A DNA stretch of 63,890 bases, the filler included. It is 5 parts of 5 records of this genome, joined end to end, with 100 filler letters (N's around TTAATTAATTAA, not from the genome) between each part and the next. Parts side by side here need not be neighbours in the genome. Positions count along the whole stretch, not along the records: positions 1 to 29,273 come from DRR723986_5151; 4 more parts are not named here. One strand, written 5' to 3'. Below the pieces are notes generated by a model that saw nothing but the letters and a program-made list of their open reading frames with translations, was not told where the DNA came from and ran no database searches. Below are positions 8,800 through 18,444 of the stretch, in pieces. The position numbers were made by a program, and so were the translations under genes. How positions within the stretch are numbered: position 1 is the first letter of the stretch; every line of letters starts with the position of its first letter.

Positions 8800-9903
8800 A
8801 TGCTCGACTATACGCATAATGGCTGGCTTGTTGCGGCGTCTTTGGCCGTGGCTCTGATGGCGGGTTTCACAGGCTTGTCGTTGACCCATGGCGCGTCACA
8901 ACTTGACCGGCCAAGGCGCAAGATCATCGTGGCCTTGGCGGCGGTGGTCCTCGGCGGCGGCATCTGGTCGATGCATTTCGTGGCGATGCTGGGGCTGCAA
9001 CTGCCGATTCTGTTCTACTACGATGCGCTGATAACGCTCGCCTCGGCACTGATCGCGATCCTGATGGTGGGGCTGGCGCTGCTGCTATTGCATTTTCGCG
9101 CCCGGTCCCTGCCGGTCATTGTCGGTGCGGGCACGATCGTGGGGCTTGGCATCGTTGTGATGCACTATGTCGGCATGGAGGGGATGCAGCTGTGCCGTCC
9201 TGTCTACACCGCCTGGGACGTGGCCCTGGCGACACTGGCCTCGGTTGTTCTTTCTGTGCTGGCGATCTGGGTGGCCTATGATAGCCGCACGCATCGCAAC
9301 ATCGTGCTTGGCACCGCCTGTTTCGGGCTGGCGGTCTTCACCATGCATTTCGTTGCTACGGGACTGACCGGGTTCACTGCCGCCGATGCGGGTGGCGGGG
9401 CCGGACCGCTGCTCAGCAATCAGGTGCTGGCCATGGGCGTGACCGTGTCGGCCTTCCTGATCTGCGGGGCCTTCCTGCTGACCGGCATCACCTTTATCGA
9501 GCCTGCGGCCCCCGCAGCGGCTGTCCCTGTCCCCGCCGCGCCCCCTGCCCCGCGCGCAGCCCATGGCGCGACAGCGGGCGTGCCCTATGAGCGCGACGGA
9601 AAAACCGTGTTCGCCGCCCCTGTCCGCATCGCGGCGCTGCGCGCCGAGGGGCATTACACCGTGCTTTATGTCGGGGCCGAAAAGCTCTTCTGCCCATGGA
9701 GTATTTCCGAGGCAGAAGACCGGTTGGGCGCATCGGGTTTTTTACGCGTCCACCGCAGCTATCTGGTGAACCCCTCCCATGTCTCCAGCTTTGAGCGGCA
9801 CAAGGACAACGGAACCTGTTATTTCGAGGGAGTCGCGGCGCTGCCCAAGGTGCCAGTCAGCCGATCGCGCCTGAATGACATTCGCGAGGCGCTTGGGCTC
9901 TGA
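8800..9903 (+). CDS. coxC: MHYT-LytTR membrane sensor/regulator CoxC
   Basis: Three MHYT repeats (IWSMHFV, VMHYVGM, TMHFV) and C-terminal LytTR (FLRVHRSYLVN); directly upstream of coxM. Start moved to ATG 8800. Confidence 0.88.
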   Translation: MLDYTHNGWLVAASLAVALMAGFTGLSLTHGASQLDRPRRKIIVALAAVVLGGGIWSMHFVAMLGLQLPILFYYDALITLASALIAILMVGLALLLLHFRARSLPVIVGAGTIVGLGIVVMHYVGMEGMQLCRPVYTAWDVALATLASVVLSVLAIWVAYDSRTHRNIVLGTACFGLAVFTMHFVATGLTGFTAADAGGGAGPLLSNQVLAMGVTVSAFLICGAFLLTGITFIEPAAPAAAVPVPAAPPAPRAAHGATAGVPYERDGKTVFAAPVRIAALRAEGHYTVLYVGAEKLFCPWSISEAEDRLGASGFLRVHRSYLVNPSHVSSFERHKDNGTCYFEGVAALPKVPVSRSRLNDIREALGL

Positions 9904-9956
9904 TCGCAATTCGTGCGGCCCATTCGCATTTCGTGAAACAGATGGCGCGGATCGTT
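9904..9956 (+). promoter_or_regulatory. Triple direct repeat, candidate LytTR (CoxC) binding site
   Basis: TCGCAATTCGTG (9904), TCGCATTTCGTG (9924) and a degenerate ATCGTT (9951); period 20-21 bp. Confidence 0.55.
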
Positions 9957-10044
9957 CTCAACCTCTGGAACGGTTCACGCGCTGTCTCATTAGCTGCCTG
10001 CAGACCCCGATGGCCAAAGCCGCGGGCGCAGGGAGGACACCAGA

Positions 10045-10878
10045 ATGATACCAGCCGGATTCGAGTATCACCGGCCGAGCGATGTTGCCTCGGCCATCAG
10101 CATCTTGCACCAGCACGGAGACGAAGCGCGCGTGATCGCGGGCGGGCACAGCCTGATCCCGATGATGAAACTGCGCATGGCCGATCTGGCCCACGTCGTC
10201 GATTTGCAGGACATCGCCGAGATGAAGGGCATTGAGGTGGGGGCCGACAGCGTGTCCATCGGTGCGATGGTGACGCAGCACGAGTTGATCACCCATGACG
10301 GTCTGGCCGCTGCAGTGCCGATCATCCGCGAGGCGGCGCTGCAAATCGCAGACCCGCAAGTGCGCTACATGGGCACCGTCGGCGGCAATGTCGCCAATGG
10401 CGATCCGGGCAATGACATGCCGGGGCTGATGCAGTGCCTGAATGCCAGTTTTGAACTGGCGGGCGCCGATGGCACCCGATCCGTGGCGGCGCGCGACTTT
10501 TACGAGGCCGCTTACTTCACCGCCCGTGATGATGAAGAAATCCTGACGCGGATCACGATCCCGGTCCCGGCTGCTGGCACGGGACAGGCCTATGAAAAGC
10601 AAAAGCGCAAGATCGGCGACTATGCCACCGCTGCTGCTGCCGTGATGGTTGGCGCAGGCTCGGCCTCGGTCGCCATGACCAACCTTGCCGACACGCCGAT
10701 CTGGTCGGCAGAGGCCAGCACCGCGCTCGCAGGCGGAGACGTAGAGGGCTGCGTAGCTGCGATGCTCGACGCGATTGATCCGGTCGAGGACAACCGTGGC
10801 CCGGTCGAATTCAAGAAACATGTCGCCGCCGTCATGCTGCGCCGCGCGATTGCGCGCGCCATGAGCCGCGCAAGCTGA
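10045..10878 (+). CDS. coxM: Aerobic CO dehydrogenase medium (FAD) subunit
   Basis: [41 protein letters not shown]. Confidence 0.95.
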   Translation: MIPAGFEYHRPSDVASAISILHQHGDEARVIAGGHSLIPMMKLRMADLAHVVDLQDIAEMKGIEVGADSVSIGAMVTQHELITHDGLAAAVPIIREAALQIADPQVRYMGTVGGNVANGDPGNDMPGLMQCLNASFELAGADGTRSVAARDFYEAAYFTARDDEEILTRITIPVPAAGTGQAYEKQKRKIGDYATAAAAVMVGAGSASVAMTNLADTPIWSAEASTALAGGDVEGCVAAMLDAIDPVEDNRGPVEFKKHVAAVMLRRAIARAMSRAS

Positions 10879-10889
10879 GGAGAACACCC

Positions 10890-11384
10890 ATGTCAAAGAT
10901 GCACGTAAAACTGAACGTGAACGGACGCGAGGTCGAGGGCCTTGCCGAGCCGCGCACCCTATTGATCCATTTCCTGCGGGAAAACCTTCGGATCACCGGG
11001 CCGCACATTGGCTGTGAAACCAGCCATTGCGGGGCCTGCACCGTCGATATCGACGGCAAGTCTGTCAAATCCTGCACGGTCTTCGTGGCGCAGGCAAACG
11101 GCGCCGACGTGACCACCGTTGAGGGGCTGGTGAACGAGGATGGCAGCCTTGGCGTCATCCAGGAAATGTTCCGCGAACATCACGGGCTGCAATGCGGATT
11201 CTGCACGCCGGGCATGATCACCCGCGCACACCGCCTGTTGCAGGAAAACCCGAGCCCGAGCGAGGAAGAGGTGCGTTTCGGCATGGCCGGAAACCTCTGC
11301 CGCTGCACCGGCTACCAGAACATCGTCAAGGCAATCCTCGCGTCGGCTGACATGCTGAACGCGCAGAAGGAGGCTGCGGAATGA
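10890..11384 (+). CDS. coxS: Aerobic CO dehydrogenase small (2x[2Fe-2S]) subunit
   Basis: [11 protein letters not shown]...[15 protein letters not shown]. Confidence 0.96.
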   Translation: MSKMHVKLNVNGREVEGLAEPRTLLIHFLRENLRITGPHIGCETSHCGACTVDIDGKSVKSCTVFVAQANGADVTTVEGLVNEDGSLGVIQEMFREHHGLQCGFCTPGMITRAHRLLQENPSPSEEEVRFGMAGNLCRCTGYQNIVKAILASADMLNAQKEAAE

Positions 11385-13798
11385 ACGACCAGACCCTAAC
11401 CCCCGAAGAACGCACCGCCAACCTCAAGGGCATGGGCTGCTCGCGCAAGCGGGTCGAGGATGTGCGCTTTACCCAAGGCAAGGGCAACTATGTCGATGAC
11501 ATTAAGATGGACGGGATGCTGTTTGGCGACTTCGTCCGCTCGCCCTACGCCCATGCCCGCGTGGTGTCTGTCAACAAGGAAGCCGCTCTGGCAATGCCCG
11601 GCGTCATCGCCGTTCTGACCGCCGAAGACCTCGCGCCACTTGGCCTGCACTGGATGCCCACACTGGCCGGTGACAAGCAGATGGTTCTGGCCGACGGCAA
11701 GGTGCTGTTCCAGGGCCAGGAGGTCGCCTATGTGGTCGCCGAGGATCGCTACATCGCGGCGGACGCCGTGGAACTGGTGGAGGTGGAATACGAGGAACTT
11801 CCGGTTCTGGTCGACCCGTTCGAGGCGCTGAAATCGGACGTTGTCCTGCGCGAAGACCTTGCCGGTCAGACCGAGGGTGCCCATGGCCCCCGCAAGCATC
11901 ACAACCATATTTTCACTTGGGAAGCTGGTGAAAAGGACGCGACCGAGGCGGTGATCGACGGCGCGGACGTGGTGGCCGAGGAGATGGTCTACTACCACCG
12001 CACCCACCCCTGCCCGCTGGAAACCTGCGGCTGCGTGGCGTCGATGGACAAGGTCACCGGCAAGCTGACGCTTTACGGCACCTTCCAGGCCCCGCACGCG
12101 ATCCGCACCGTGGTGTCGCTGATCTCGGGCCTGGCCGAACACAACATCCGCGTGATCAGCCCCGATATCGGCGGCGGGTTCGGCAACAAGGTGGGCGCGT
12201 ATCCGGGCTATGTCTGTTCTGTCGTGGCGTCGATCGTGACCGGGAAGCCGGTGAAGTGGGTCGAGGACCGGATGGAAAATCTGATGTCCACCGCATTCGC
12301 CCGCGACTACTGGATGCAGGGCAAGATCGCGGCCACGAAAGAGGGCAAGATCACCGGGCTGTGGTGCCACACCACGGCGGATCACGGCGGCTTTGACGCC
12401 TGTGCCGACCCCACCAAGTTCCCGGCCGGCTTCATGAACATCTGCACCGGGTCTTACGACATCCCCACGGCCTATCTGGCTGTGGACGGGGTCTACACCA
12501 ACAAGGCACCGGGCGGCGTGGCCTATCGCTGTTCCTTCCGGGTGACGGAAGCGGCCTATTTCATCGAGCGGATGATCGAGGTTCTGGCGATCAAGCTTGA
12601 TATGGATGCAGCCGAACTGCGCCGGATCAACTTCATCCGCAAGGATCAGTTCCCCTATCAGTCGGCACTTGGCTGGGAATATGACTCGGGCGATTACCAC
12701 ACCGCATGGGACAAGGCGCTGAAGGCCGTGGACTATGACGGGCTGCGGGCCGAACAGGCGCAAAGGGTTGAGGATTTCAAGGCTGGCAAGACGCGCAAGC
12801 TGCTTGGGGTTGGCCTGTGTCACTTCACGGAAATCGTGGGGGCCGGGCCGGTCAAGAACTGCGATATCCTCGGGCTTGGCATGTTCGACAGCTGCGAGAT
12901 CCGCATCCATCCCACCGGATCGGCCATCGCAAGGCTTGGCACCATCAGCCAGGGTCAGGGCCACGCCACGACTTTTGCGCAGATCATCGCCTCGGAAATC
13001 GGCCTCCCCGCCGATGACATCACGCTGGAGGAAGGCGACACCGACACCGCGCCTTATGGTCTGGGCACCTACGGGTCACGGTCCACCCCGGTCGCGGGGG
13101 CTGCCACCGCCATGGCTGCCCGCAAGATCCGCGCCAAGGCGCAGATGATCGCGGCCTATCTGCTGGAGGTCCACGACAACGACGTGGAATGGGACGTGGA
13201 TCGCTTCGCGGTCAAGGGCGCGCCCGAGCGCTTCAAGACCATGAAGAAGATCGCCTTTGCCGCCTACAACCAGGCCATTCCGGGTCTGGAACCGGGGCTG
13301 GAGGCGGTCAGCTACTATGACCCGCCGAACATGACCTACCCGTTCGGGGCCTATATCTGCGTGATGGAGATCGACGTCGATACCGGCGAGTGGGAAATCC
13401 GGCAGTTCTATGCGCTGGACGATTGCGGCACCCGGATCAACCCGATGATCATCGAGGGGCAGGTCCATGGCGGCGTCACCGAGGCGCTGGCCATCGCCAT
13501 GGGGCAGGAGATCGCCTATGACGAGATGGGCAACGTCAAGACCGGCACGCTGATGGATTTCTTCATCCCGACCGCGTGGGAAACGCCCAACTACACCACC
13601 GACCACACGGTCACCCCGTCGCCGCATCATCCGATCGGGGCCAAGGGCGTGGGCGAAAGCCCCAATGTGGGCGGGGTTCCGGCCTTCTCGAACGCCGTGC
13701 ACGATGCCTTCCGGGCCTTCGGTCTGGTGCAAAGCCACATGCCGCATGATCATTGGCGGATCTGGAAGATCGCCAACAATTTGGGTCTTCACGGCTGA
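11381..13798 (+). CDS. coxL: Aerobic CO dehydrogenase large subunit, form I (Mo-Cu)
   Basis: Form I active-site motif AYRCSFR; M-S-L gene order. Confidence 0.97.
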   Translation: MNDQTLTPEERTANLKGMGCSRKRVEDVRFTQGKGNYVDDIKMDGMLFGDFVRSPYAHARVVSVNKEAALAMPGVIAVLTAEDLAPLGLHWMPTLAGDKQMVLADGKVLFQGQEVAYVVAEDRYIAADAVELVEVEYEELPVLVDPFEALKSDVVLREDLAGQTEGAHGPRKHHNHIFTWEAGEKDATEAVIDGADVVAEEMVYYHRTHPCPLETCGCVASMDKVTGKLTLYGTFQAPHAIRTVVSLISGLAEHNIRVISPDIGGGFGNKVGAYPGYVCSVVASIVTGKPVKWVEDRMENLMSTAFARDYWMQGKIAATKEGKITGLWCHTTADHGGFDACADPTKFPAGFMNICTGSYDIPTAYLAVDGVYTNKAPGGVAYRCSFRVTEAAYFIERMIEVLAIKLDMDAAELRRINFIRKDQFPYQSALGWEYDSGDYHTAWDKALKAVDYDGLRAEQAQRVEDFKAGKTRKLLGVGLCHFTEIVGAGPVKNCDILGLGMFDSCEIRIHPTGSAIARLGTISQGQGHATTFAQIIASEIGLPADDITLEEGDTDTAPYGLGTYGSRSTPVAGAATAMAARKIRAKAQMIAAYLLEVHDNDVEWDVDRFAVKGAPERFKTMKKIAFAAYNQAIPGLEPGLEAVSYYDPPNMTYPFGAYICVMEIDVDTGEWEIRQFYALDDCGTRINPMIIEGQVHGGVTEALAIAMGQEIAYDEMGNVKTGTLMDFFIPTAWETPNYTTDHTVTPSPHHPIGAKGVGESPNVGGVPAFSNAVHDAFRAFGLVQSHMPHDHWRIWKIANNLGLHG

Positions 13799-13807
13799 TC
13801 GTGAACC

Positions 13808-13841
13808 GGGCTGCCGCGCACGCACCAATGCGCGGCGGCCC
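13808..13841 (+). other. 13-bp GC-rich stem-loop between coxL and coxD
   Basis: GGGCTGCCGCGCA-N8-TGCGCGGCGGCCC, with no U-tract. Confidence 0.6.
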
Positions 13842-13858
13842 ACAACCGGGAGGGTTAG

Positions 13859-14719
13859 ATGAGCGTCACCGACATTCAGCAAGGACTGGCCCGCGCGGGC
13901 TATGTCGCCGATGACCGTCTGGCAATGGCGCTGCATCTGGCGCAGGTTCTGGGTCGGCCCCTGCTGCTGGAAGGGCCTGCCGGTGTGGGCAAGACCGAGG
14001 TGGCCAAGGCCCTTTCGGCGATGCGCGATGCGCGACTGATCCGCCTGCAATGCTACGAAGGGCTCGATGCCAGCCACGCGATCTACGAATGGAACTACCA
14101 GCGTCAATTGCTGGCCATCCGCGCCGCGGAAGGCAGCGCCAGCGAGGACCAGCTTTTCACCGATAAATTCCTGCTGAAGCGCCCATTGCTGGAGGCGATC
14201 AGCCAGGACACCCCACCGGTTCTGCTGATAGACGAGATCGACCGGGCGGATGAGGAATTCGAGGCCTACCTGCTCGAAATCCTGTCCGATTTCCAGATCA
14301 CGATCCCGGAACTTGGGACGATCAAGGCGCGGTCCAAACCCATCGTGATCCTGACCGCCAATGGCACCCGCGATCTATCCGACGCACTGCGCCGCCGGTG
14401 CCTATACAGTTTCCTCGACTACCCAGACAGGGCGACCGAACTGGCCATTCTCAAGGCCCGGATGCCTGCGGTTGAAGGGTTGCTCGCCCGCCAGATCGTC
14501 GGCGTCGTGCAGGCGCTGCGTAAGGAAGACCTGGAAAAGACGCCGGGCATTGCCGAGATGCTGGATTGGGCGGCAGCGCTGTCGGGCCTTGGGGTCAACG
14601 ATCTGGCAAAGGCGCCGGGCGAGGTGCAGGCAACGCTGGTGTGTCTGTTGAAAACAGCGGCCGACTACGACGCCGCCCCGCCAGAGGTCATGGACCGGCT
14701 GATCGGGAAAGTGGCATGA
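13859..14719 (+). CDS. coxD: MoxR-type AAA+ ATPase CoxD
   Basis: Walker A GPAGVGKT, Walker B LLIDEID, DALRRRC. Confidence 0.93.
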   Translation: MSVTDIQQGLARAGYVADDRLAMALHLAQVLGRPLLLEGPAGVGKTEVAKALSAMRDARLIRLQCYEGLDASHAIYEWNYQRQLLAIRAAEGSASEDQLFTDKFLLKRPLLEAISQDTPPVLLIDEIDRADEEFEAYLLEILSDFQITIPELGTIKARSKPIVILTANGTRDLSDALRRRCLYSFLDYPDRATELAILKARMPAVEGLLARQIVGVVQALRKEDLEKTPGIAEMLDWAAALSGLGVNDLAKAPGEVQATLVCLLKTAADYDAAPPEVMDRLIGKVA

Positions 14720-15912
14720 TGCAGGTCACCCGCTTCCCATCCCGCGCCGAGGGGCTTTCCGACCGGATGTCGGGCTTTATCGCGCATCTCAGGATGAACG
14801 GGCTGCGCGTGGGGCCGCGTGAAACCGGGGATGCGCTGTCTGCATTGGCCGCCGTTGATGCCACCGACAGAGATCAGGCCCGGCAGGCGCTCTGCGCGTT
14901 GCTGGCGGGTGATGCGGAGGACTGGCGGCGCTTCGATGAACTGTTCGATGCCTACTGGTTCAACGCGGGCAAGCAACGCGCGGGAACGGCGCAGAACGCC
15001 CATGTAAGGGTGCAATCCGCAAAACCGAAGATCTGGCAGGACAGGGAACAGGGGGACGGGGCCGAAGATCGTCACTCACGGAACGACGACGCCACCACCC
15101 CCGATCCCGGCGACGGAGAGGCCGAAGGGACAGACGGGAAGCTTATCGCGACCCGCACGGCCAACCTCAACCGCCGGGATCTGCGCGAGTTGATGGATGA
15201 GGAGGCGTTAAGGCAGGCAGAAGCTGCAGCCCTCTCCATCGCTCGCGCCATCCGTGACCGCCGCTCGCGCCGCCGCAAGCAGGCGCTGCGCGGTCCGGCA
15301 CTGGACATGCGGCGCATCCAGCGCGCCAGCCTCGCACGCGGCGGCGAGCCGCTGGATCTTTTCCGCCGCGCCCGCCCGCCCCGGCCCATGCGGATCGTGG
15401 CGCTGTGCGATGTCAGCGGCTCGATGACCGTCTATTCCCGTGTGTTCCTGGCCTTTCTGAAAGGGCTTGTCGGCAGCGGCTGCGAGGCGGATGCCTACCT
15501 CTTCCACACCCGCCTGATGCGGGTGACGGACGCGCTGCGCGATCATGACAGCATCCGCGCCGCAGGTCGGCTGTCTCTGATGGCCGAGGGCTTTGGCGGC
15601 GGTACGGATATTTCCGGCAGTCTGGACAGCTTCCTCAGCGGGTATGGAGCGCGGGCGCTGAATGGCCGGACCGTGGTGGTGATCCTTTCGGACGGCTATT
15701 GCACCCGCGACCCGCAGGCGCTGGCCGATGTGCTGGCCCGCATCCGGCGCAAGTCGCGGCGGATCGTCTGGCTGAACCCCTTGAAGGGCTGGAAGGATTA
15801 CGCGCCGGTGGCCGCCGCAATGCAGGCCGCCCTGCCCCATCTCGACGCCCATCTGCCGGCCAATACGCTGGACGCGCTGGCCGCGCTTGAACCCGAATTC
15901 CGAAAGCTGTGA
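14716..15912 (+). CDS. coxE: vWA-domain protein CoxE
   Basis: MIDAS DVSGSM, FHTRL, ILSDG, IVWLNP; ATGA overlap with coxD sets the start at 14716. Confidence 0.92.
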   Translation: MMQVTRFPSRAEGLSDRMSGFIAHLRMNGLRVGPRETGDALSALAAVDATDRDQARQALCALLAGDAEDWRRFDELFDAYWFNAGKQRAGTAQNAHVRVQSAKPKIWQDREQGDGAEDRHSRNDDATTPDPGDGEAEGTDGKLIATRTANLNRRDLRELMDEEALRQAEAAALSIARAIRDRRSRRRKQALRGPALDMRRIQRASLARGGEPLDLFRRARPPRPMRIVALCDVSGSMTVYSRVFLAFLKGLVGSGCEADAYLFHTRLMRVTDALRDHDSIRAAGRLSLMAEGFGGGTDISGSLDSFLSGYGARALNGRTVVVILSDGYCTRDPQALADVLARIRRKSRRIVWLNPLKGWKDYAPVAAAMQAALPHLDAHLPANTLDALAALEPEFRKL

Positions 15913-15923
15913 AAGGATGCCCG

Positions 15924-16733
15924 ATGGCAGGTTTCGACATCTTCGACACGATCGACAGTCTCCGGCAGACCGGCGACGCCTTCTGCGTGGCGACCGTCCT
16001 GCGCACGGCGGACGCGACAAGTGCAAAGGCCGGGGCCAAGGCCGCCGTGACGCGCGGCGGCGACATTCTGGGGCATCTTGGGGGGGCCTGCGTGCAGCGC
16101 GCGGTTCGATCCGCGGTGACCGAGGCGCTGGCCGAAGGCGCGCCCCGGATGATCCGCGTCAAACCCTCTGACAAGGTGGTGGCCATGACCGATCCCGACG
16201 GTGTGCAGACATACAAAAGCGGCTGCCCGTCCGGGGGCACGGTGGATCTGCTGATCGAGCCCTATCAACACGCCCCCCGGCTGGTGATCTTTGGCGATAG
16301 CCCAATCGCCGAGGCACTGGCCACACATGCCGCCCTGACCGGTTTGCGGGTGGTCGTTTCGGGCAGCTTCGATCTGCCAAAGGTCAACAGGTTCGACCCG
16401 GAAAACATGGATGCACTCGGGGTGGATCCCCGCGATTTCGTGGTAGTCGCCTCGCAGGGCAAGGGCGATGGCGTGGCGCTGAAAGCCGCCTTGGAAACGC
16501 CTGCCCGCCGCGTGTCCATGGTGGCCAGCCGCCGCAAGGCCGCGGTTCTGACGGATAAACTGGTAGAAGCCGGATTGAACCCTGACCGCGCCGCCCGGCT
16601 GAAATCGCCCGCCGGTCTGGATATCCACGCCATCGACCCGCATGAAATTGCGCTCTCGATTTTGGCCGAGATCGTTCTTTGGCGAAACACCGACACCAAT
16701 CGGGAGGCGACCCATGATGAAAAGCATGCGTGA
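15924..16733 (+). CDS. coxF: XdhC/CoxF-family maturation protein
   Basis: GGACV, SGCPSGG, SPAGLDI...PHEIALSILAEIV. Confidence 0.88.
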   Translation: MAGFDIFDTIDSLRQTGDAFCVATVLRTADATSAKAGAKAAVTRGGDILGHLGGACVQRAVRSAVTEALAEGAPRMIRVKPSDKVVAMTDPDGVQTYKSGCPSGGTVDLLIEPYQHAPRLVIFGDSPIAEALATHAALTGLRVVVSGSFDLPKVNRFDPENMDALGVDPRDFVVVASQGKGDGVALKAALETPARRVSMVASRRKAAVLTDKLVEAGLNPDRAARLKSPAGLDIHAIDPHEIALSILAEIVLWRNTDTNREATHDEKHA

Positions 16734-16824
16734 CTGGTTCCGGGCCCGTTGGCCAGCGCCTGCCGAAATGACACCGGAAGAGAAGGCCGAGGCCGCTCTT
16801 CGTGCTTACCCCAGATGTTGCTGA
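16714..16824 (+). CDS. Putative 36-aa small protein ending in PRCC
   Basis: SD GGGAGG 6 nt upstream; overlaps the coxF 3' end and fills the coxF-coxG gap. Sequence MMKSMRDWFRARWPAPAEMTPEEKAEAALRAYPRCC. Confidence 0.6.
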   Translation: MMKSMRDWFRARWPAPAEMTPEEKAEAALRAYPRCC

Positions 16825-16839
16825 CAAGAGGAATCCAAG

Positions 16840-17292
16840 ATGGACCTGAGTGACGAAATCCGCATCTCCGCCCCCCGTGACGCGGTCTACCGCGCGCTGA
16901 ATGACCCCGAGATTTTGCGGGAATGCATCCCAGGATGCGAGGAATTGATCCAGCACTCGCCGGAACAACTGGAGGCCAAAGTTGTCCTGAAGATCGGTCC
17001 GGTGAAGGCGCGTTTTGCTGGTGAGGTGACGCTCGACACTTCGAACGCACCGGGGGGCTTTACCCTGACTGGCGAAGGCAAGGGGGGGGCTGCGGGCTTT
17101 GCCAAGGGCGGCGCGGATGTGACCTTGACCGAGGATGGCGACGATACAATCCTTGCCTACACGGCGACGGTCGATATCGGGGGCAAGATCGCGCAGCTTG
17201 GCAGCCGGTTGATTGCGGGCACCGCAAAGAAGCTGTCGGGCAAGTTCTTCACCCGATTTGGCGAGATCGTCTCGGAACAATCCGTAGGCTGA
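16840..17292 (+). CDS. coxG: CoxG (SRPBCC fold)
   Basis: LNDPEILRECIPGCE, KIGPVKARF, GGKIAQLGSRLI. Confidence 0.92.
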   Translation: MDLSDEIRISAPRDAVYRALNDPEILRECIPGCEELIQHSPEQLEAKVVLKIGPVKARFAGEVTLDTSNAPGGFTLTGEGKGGAAGFAKGGADVTLTEDGDDTILAYTATVDIGGKIAQLGSRLIAGTAKKLSGKFFTRFGEIVSEQSVG

Positions 17293-17299
17293 GGCGAAA

Positions 17300-17315
17300 A
17301 AGGAACCGGTTGCAA
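17300..17315. promoter_or_regulatory. Degenerate LacI-type operator (candidate autoregulatory site)
   Basis: AAGGAACCGGTTGCAA matches the palindrome at 21643 at 13/16 positions. Confidence 0.6.
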
Positions 17316-17370
17316 TCCGGCCCTGCCCGCTGTCTGATTTCCCCGAGGAAAAAGCAAGGGGCGGGGCCTT

Positions 17371-18372
17371 ATGACAGTGACCCTAAAAGATGTCGCCATG
17401 CGGGCAGGTGTGTCACGCTCAGCCGTGTCGCGCACCTTTACCCCGGGCGCATCCGTATCGGCCAAGACCCGCGACAAGGTGGAACAGGCAGCGTCCGAGC
17501 TTGGCTATGCGCCAAGCGCACTGGCCTCGGGCCTGTCCACCGGGCGCACCAAGCTGATCGGGCTGGTGTCCAACAACTTTCGCAACCCGATCTTTCTGGA
17601 GGTCTTCGACCTGTTCACCCGCGCGATCCAGGATCGGGGGCTGCGGCCGCTGTTGGTGAACCTGTCGGGCGACACCGACCCCGGCGCGGCCATCCGCATG
17701 TTGCGCCAATATTCCGTCGATGCGGTGATTGTGGCGTCCTCGACCCTGTCGCCCGCCTTTGCGGCGGAATGCAAGGCTGCCGGGCTGCCCGTGGTCCATG
17801 CATTCGGGCGGGCAACGCAACGCCCCGTGGTGCCCGTGGTGGGCATCGACAATGTCGAAGCAGGGCGCATGGCGGCGCAGGCGCTGTTGGCGCGGGGGTA
17901 TCGCGACATCGGGTTTCTGGGCGGCCCCGCAACGGCAACCACCACGCAGGACCGACTTGCGGGATTTCGAGAGGAGCTGTCCCGGCATCCCGGCACCCGT
18001 TTGCGCGACAGCTTTGCCGACAGCTATTCCCACGATGCGGGCGCGGCGGAAATAGCCCGGCTGATCGAGAGCGGACCCTTGGCCGAAGCCTATTTCTGCG
18101 GCGATGACGTGATTGCCATCGGCGCGCTTGGCGCCTTGCACAAGGCCGGGCGGGATGTGCCGCGTGATGTGGGGCTGATCGGGTTCAACGACATGGAAGC
18201 GGCATCCTGGGGGCTGGTGAGCCTGACCACCATTCGCCAGCCTCTGGATGAGATCATTGCCGCCTCGGTGGGGCAGGCCATTGCGTTGTCGGAACAGCCC
18301 GAGACAGCCGCCACGCAGACCCTGCTGCCCCTGACACTCATAGAACGTGGCACGCTCCGCCCGAGGATGTGA
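17371..18372 (+). CDS. LacI-family regulator (probably of the inositol cluster)
   Basis: TLKDVAMRAGVSRSAVSR HTH; LTTIRQP. Confidence 0.93.
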   Translation: MTVTLKDVAMRAGVSRSAVSRTFTPGASVSAKTRDKVEQAASELGYAPSALASGLSTGRTKLIGLVSNNFRNPIFLEVFDLFTRAIQDRGLRPLLVNLSGDTDPGAAIRMLRQYSVDAVIVASSTLSPAFAAECKAAGLPVVHAFGRATQRPVVPVVGIDNVEAGRMAAQALLARGYRDIGFLGGPATATTTQDRLAGFREELSRHPGTRLRDSFADSYSHDAGAAEIARLIESGPLAEAYFCGDDVIAIGALGALHKAGRDVPRDVGLIGFNDMEAASWGLVSLTTIRQPLDEIIAASVGQAIALSEQPETAATQTLLPLTLIERGTLRPRM

Positions 18373-18377
18373 GCGGG

Positions 18378-18426
18378 AAAAGGGCCTTCGAAGGGCCTTT
18401 TGGAACGCGGTTTCGAAACCGCGTTC
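18378..18426. terminator. Twin hairpins between convergent genes; probable bidirectional terminator
   Basis: AAAAGGGCCTTCGAAGGGCCTTTT followed by the perfect 24-bp palindrome GAACGCGGTTTCGAAACCGCGTTC. Confidence 0.6.
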
Positions 18427-18444
18427 TCATGCTTCTGCTCGCTG

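Noticed and set aside
11381-13798. Form II CoxL or xanthine dehydrogenase
   Set aside because: AYRCSFR rather than AYRGAGR, and the M-S-L order, indicate form I.
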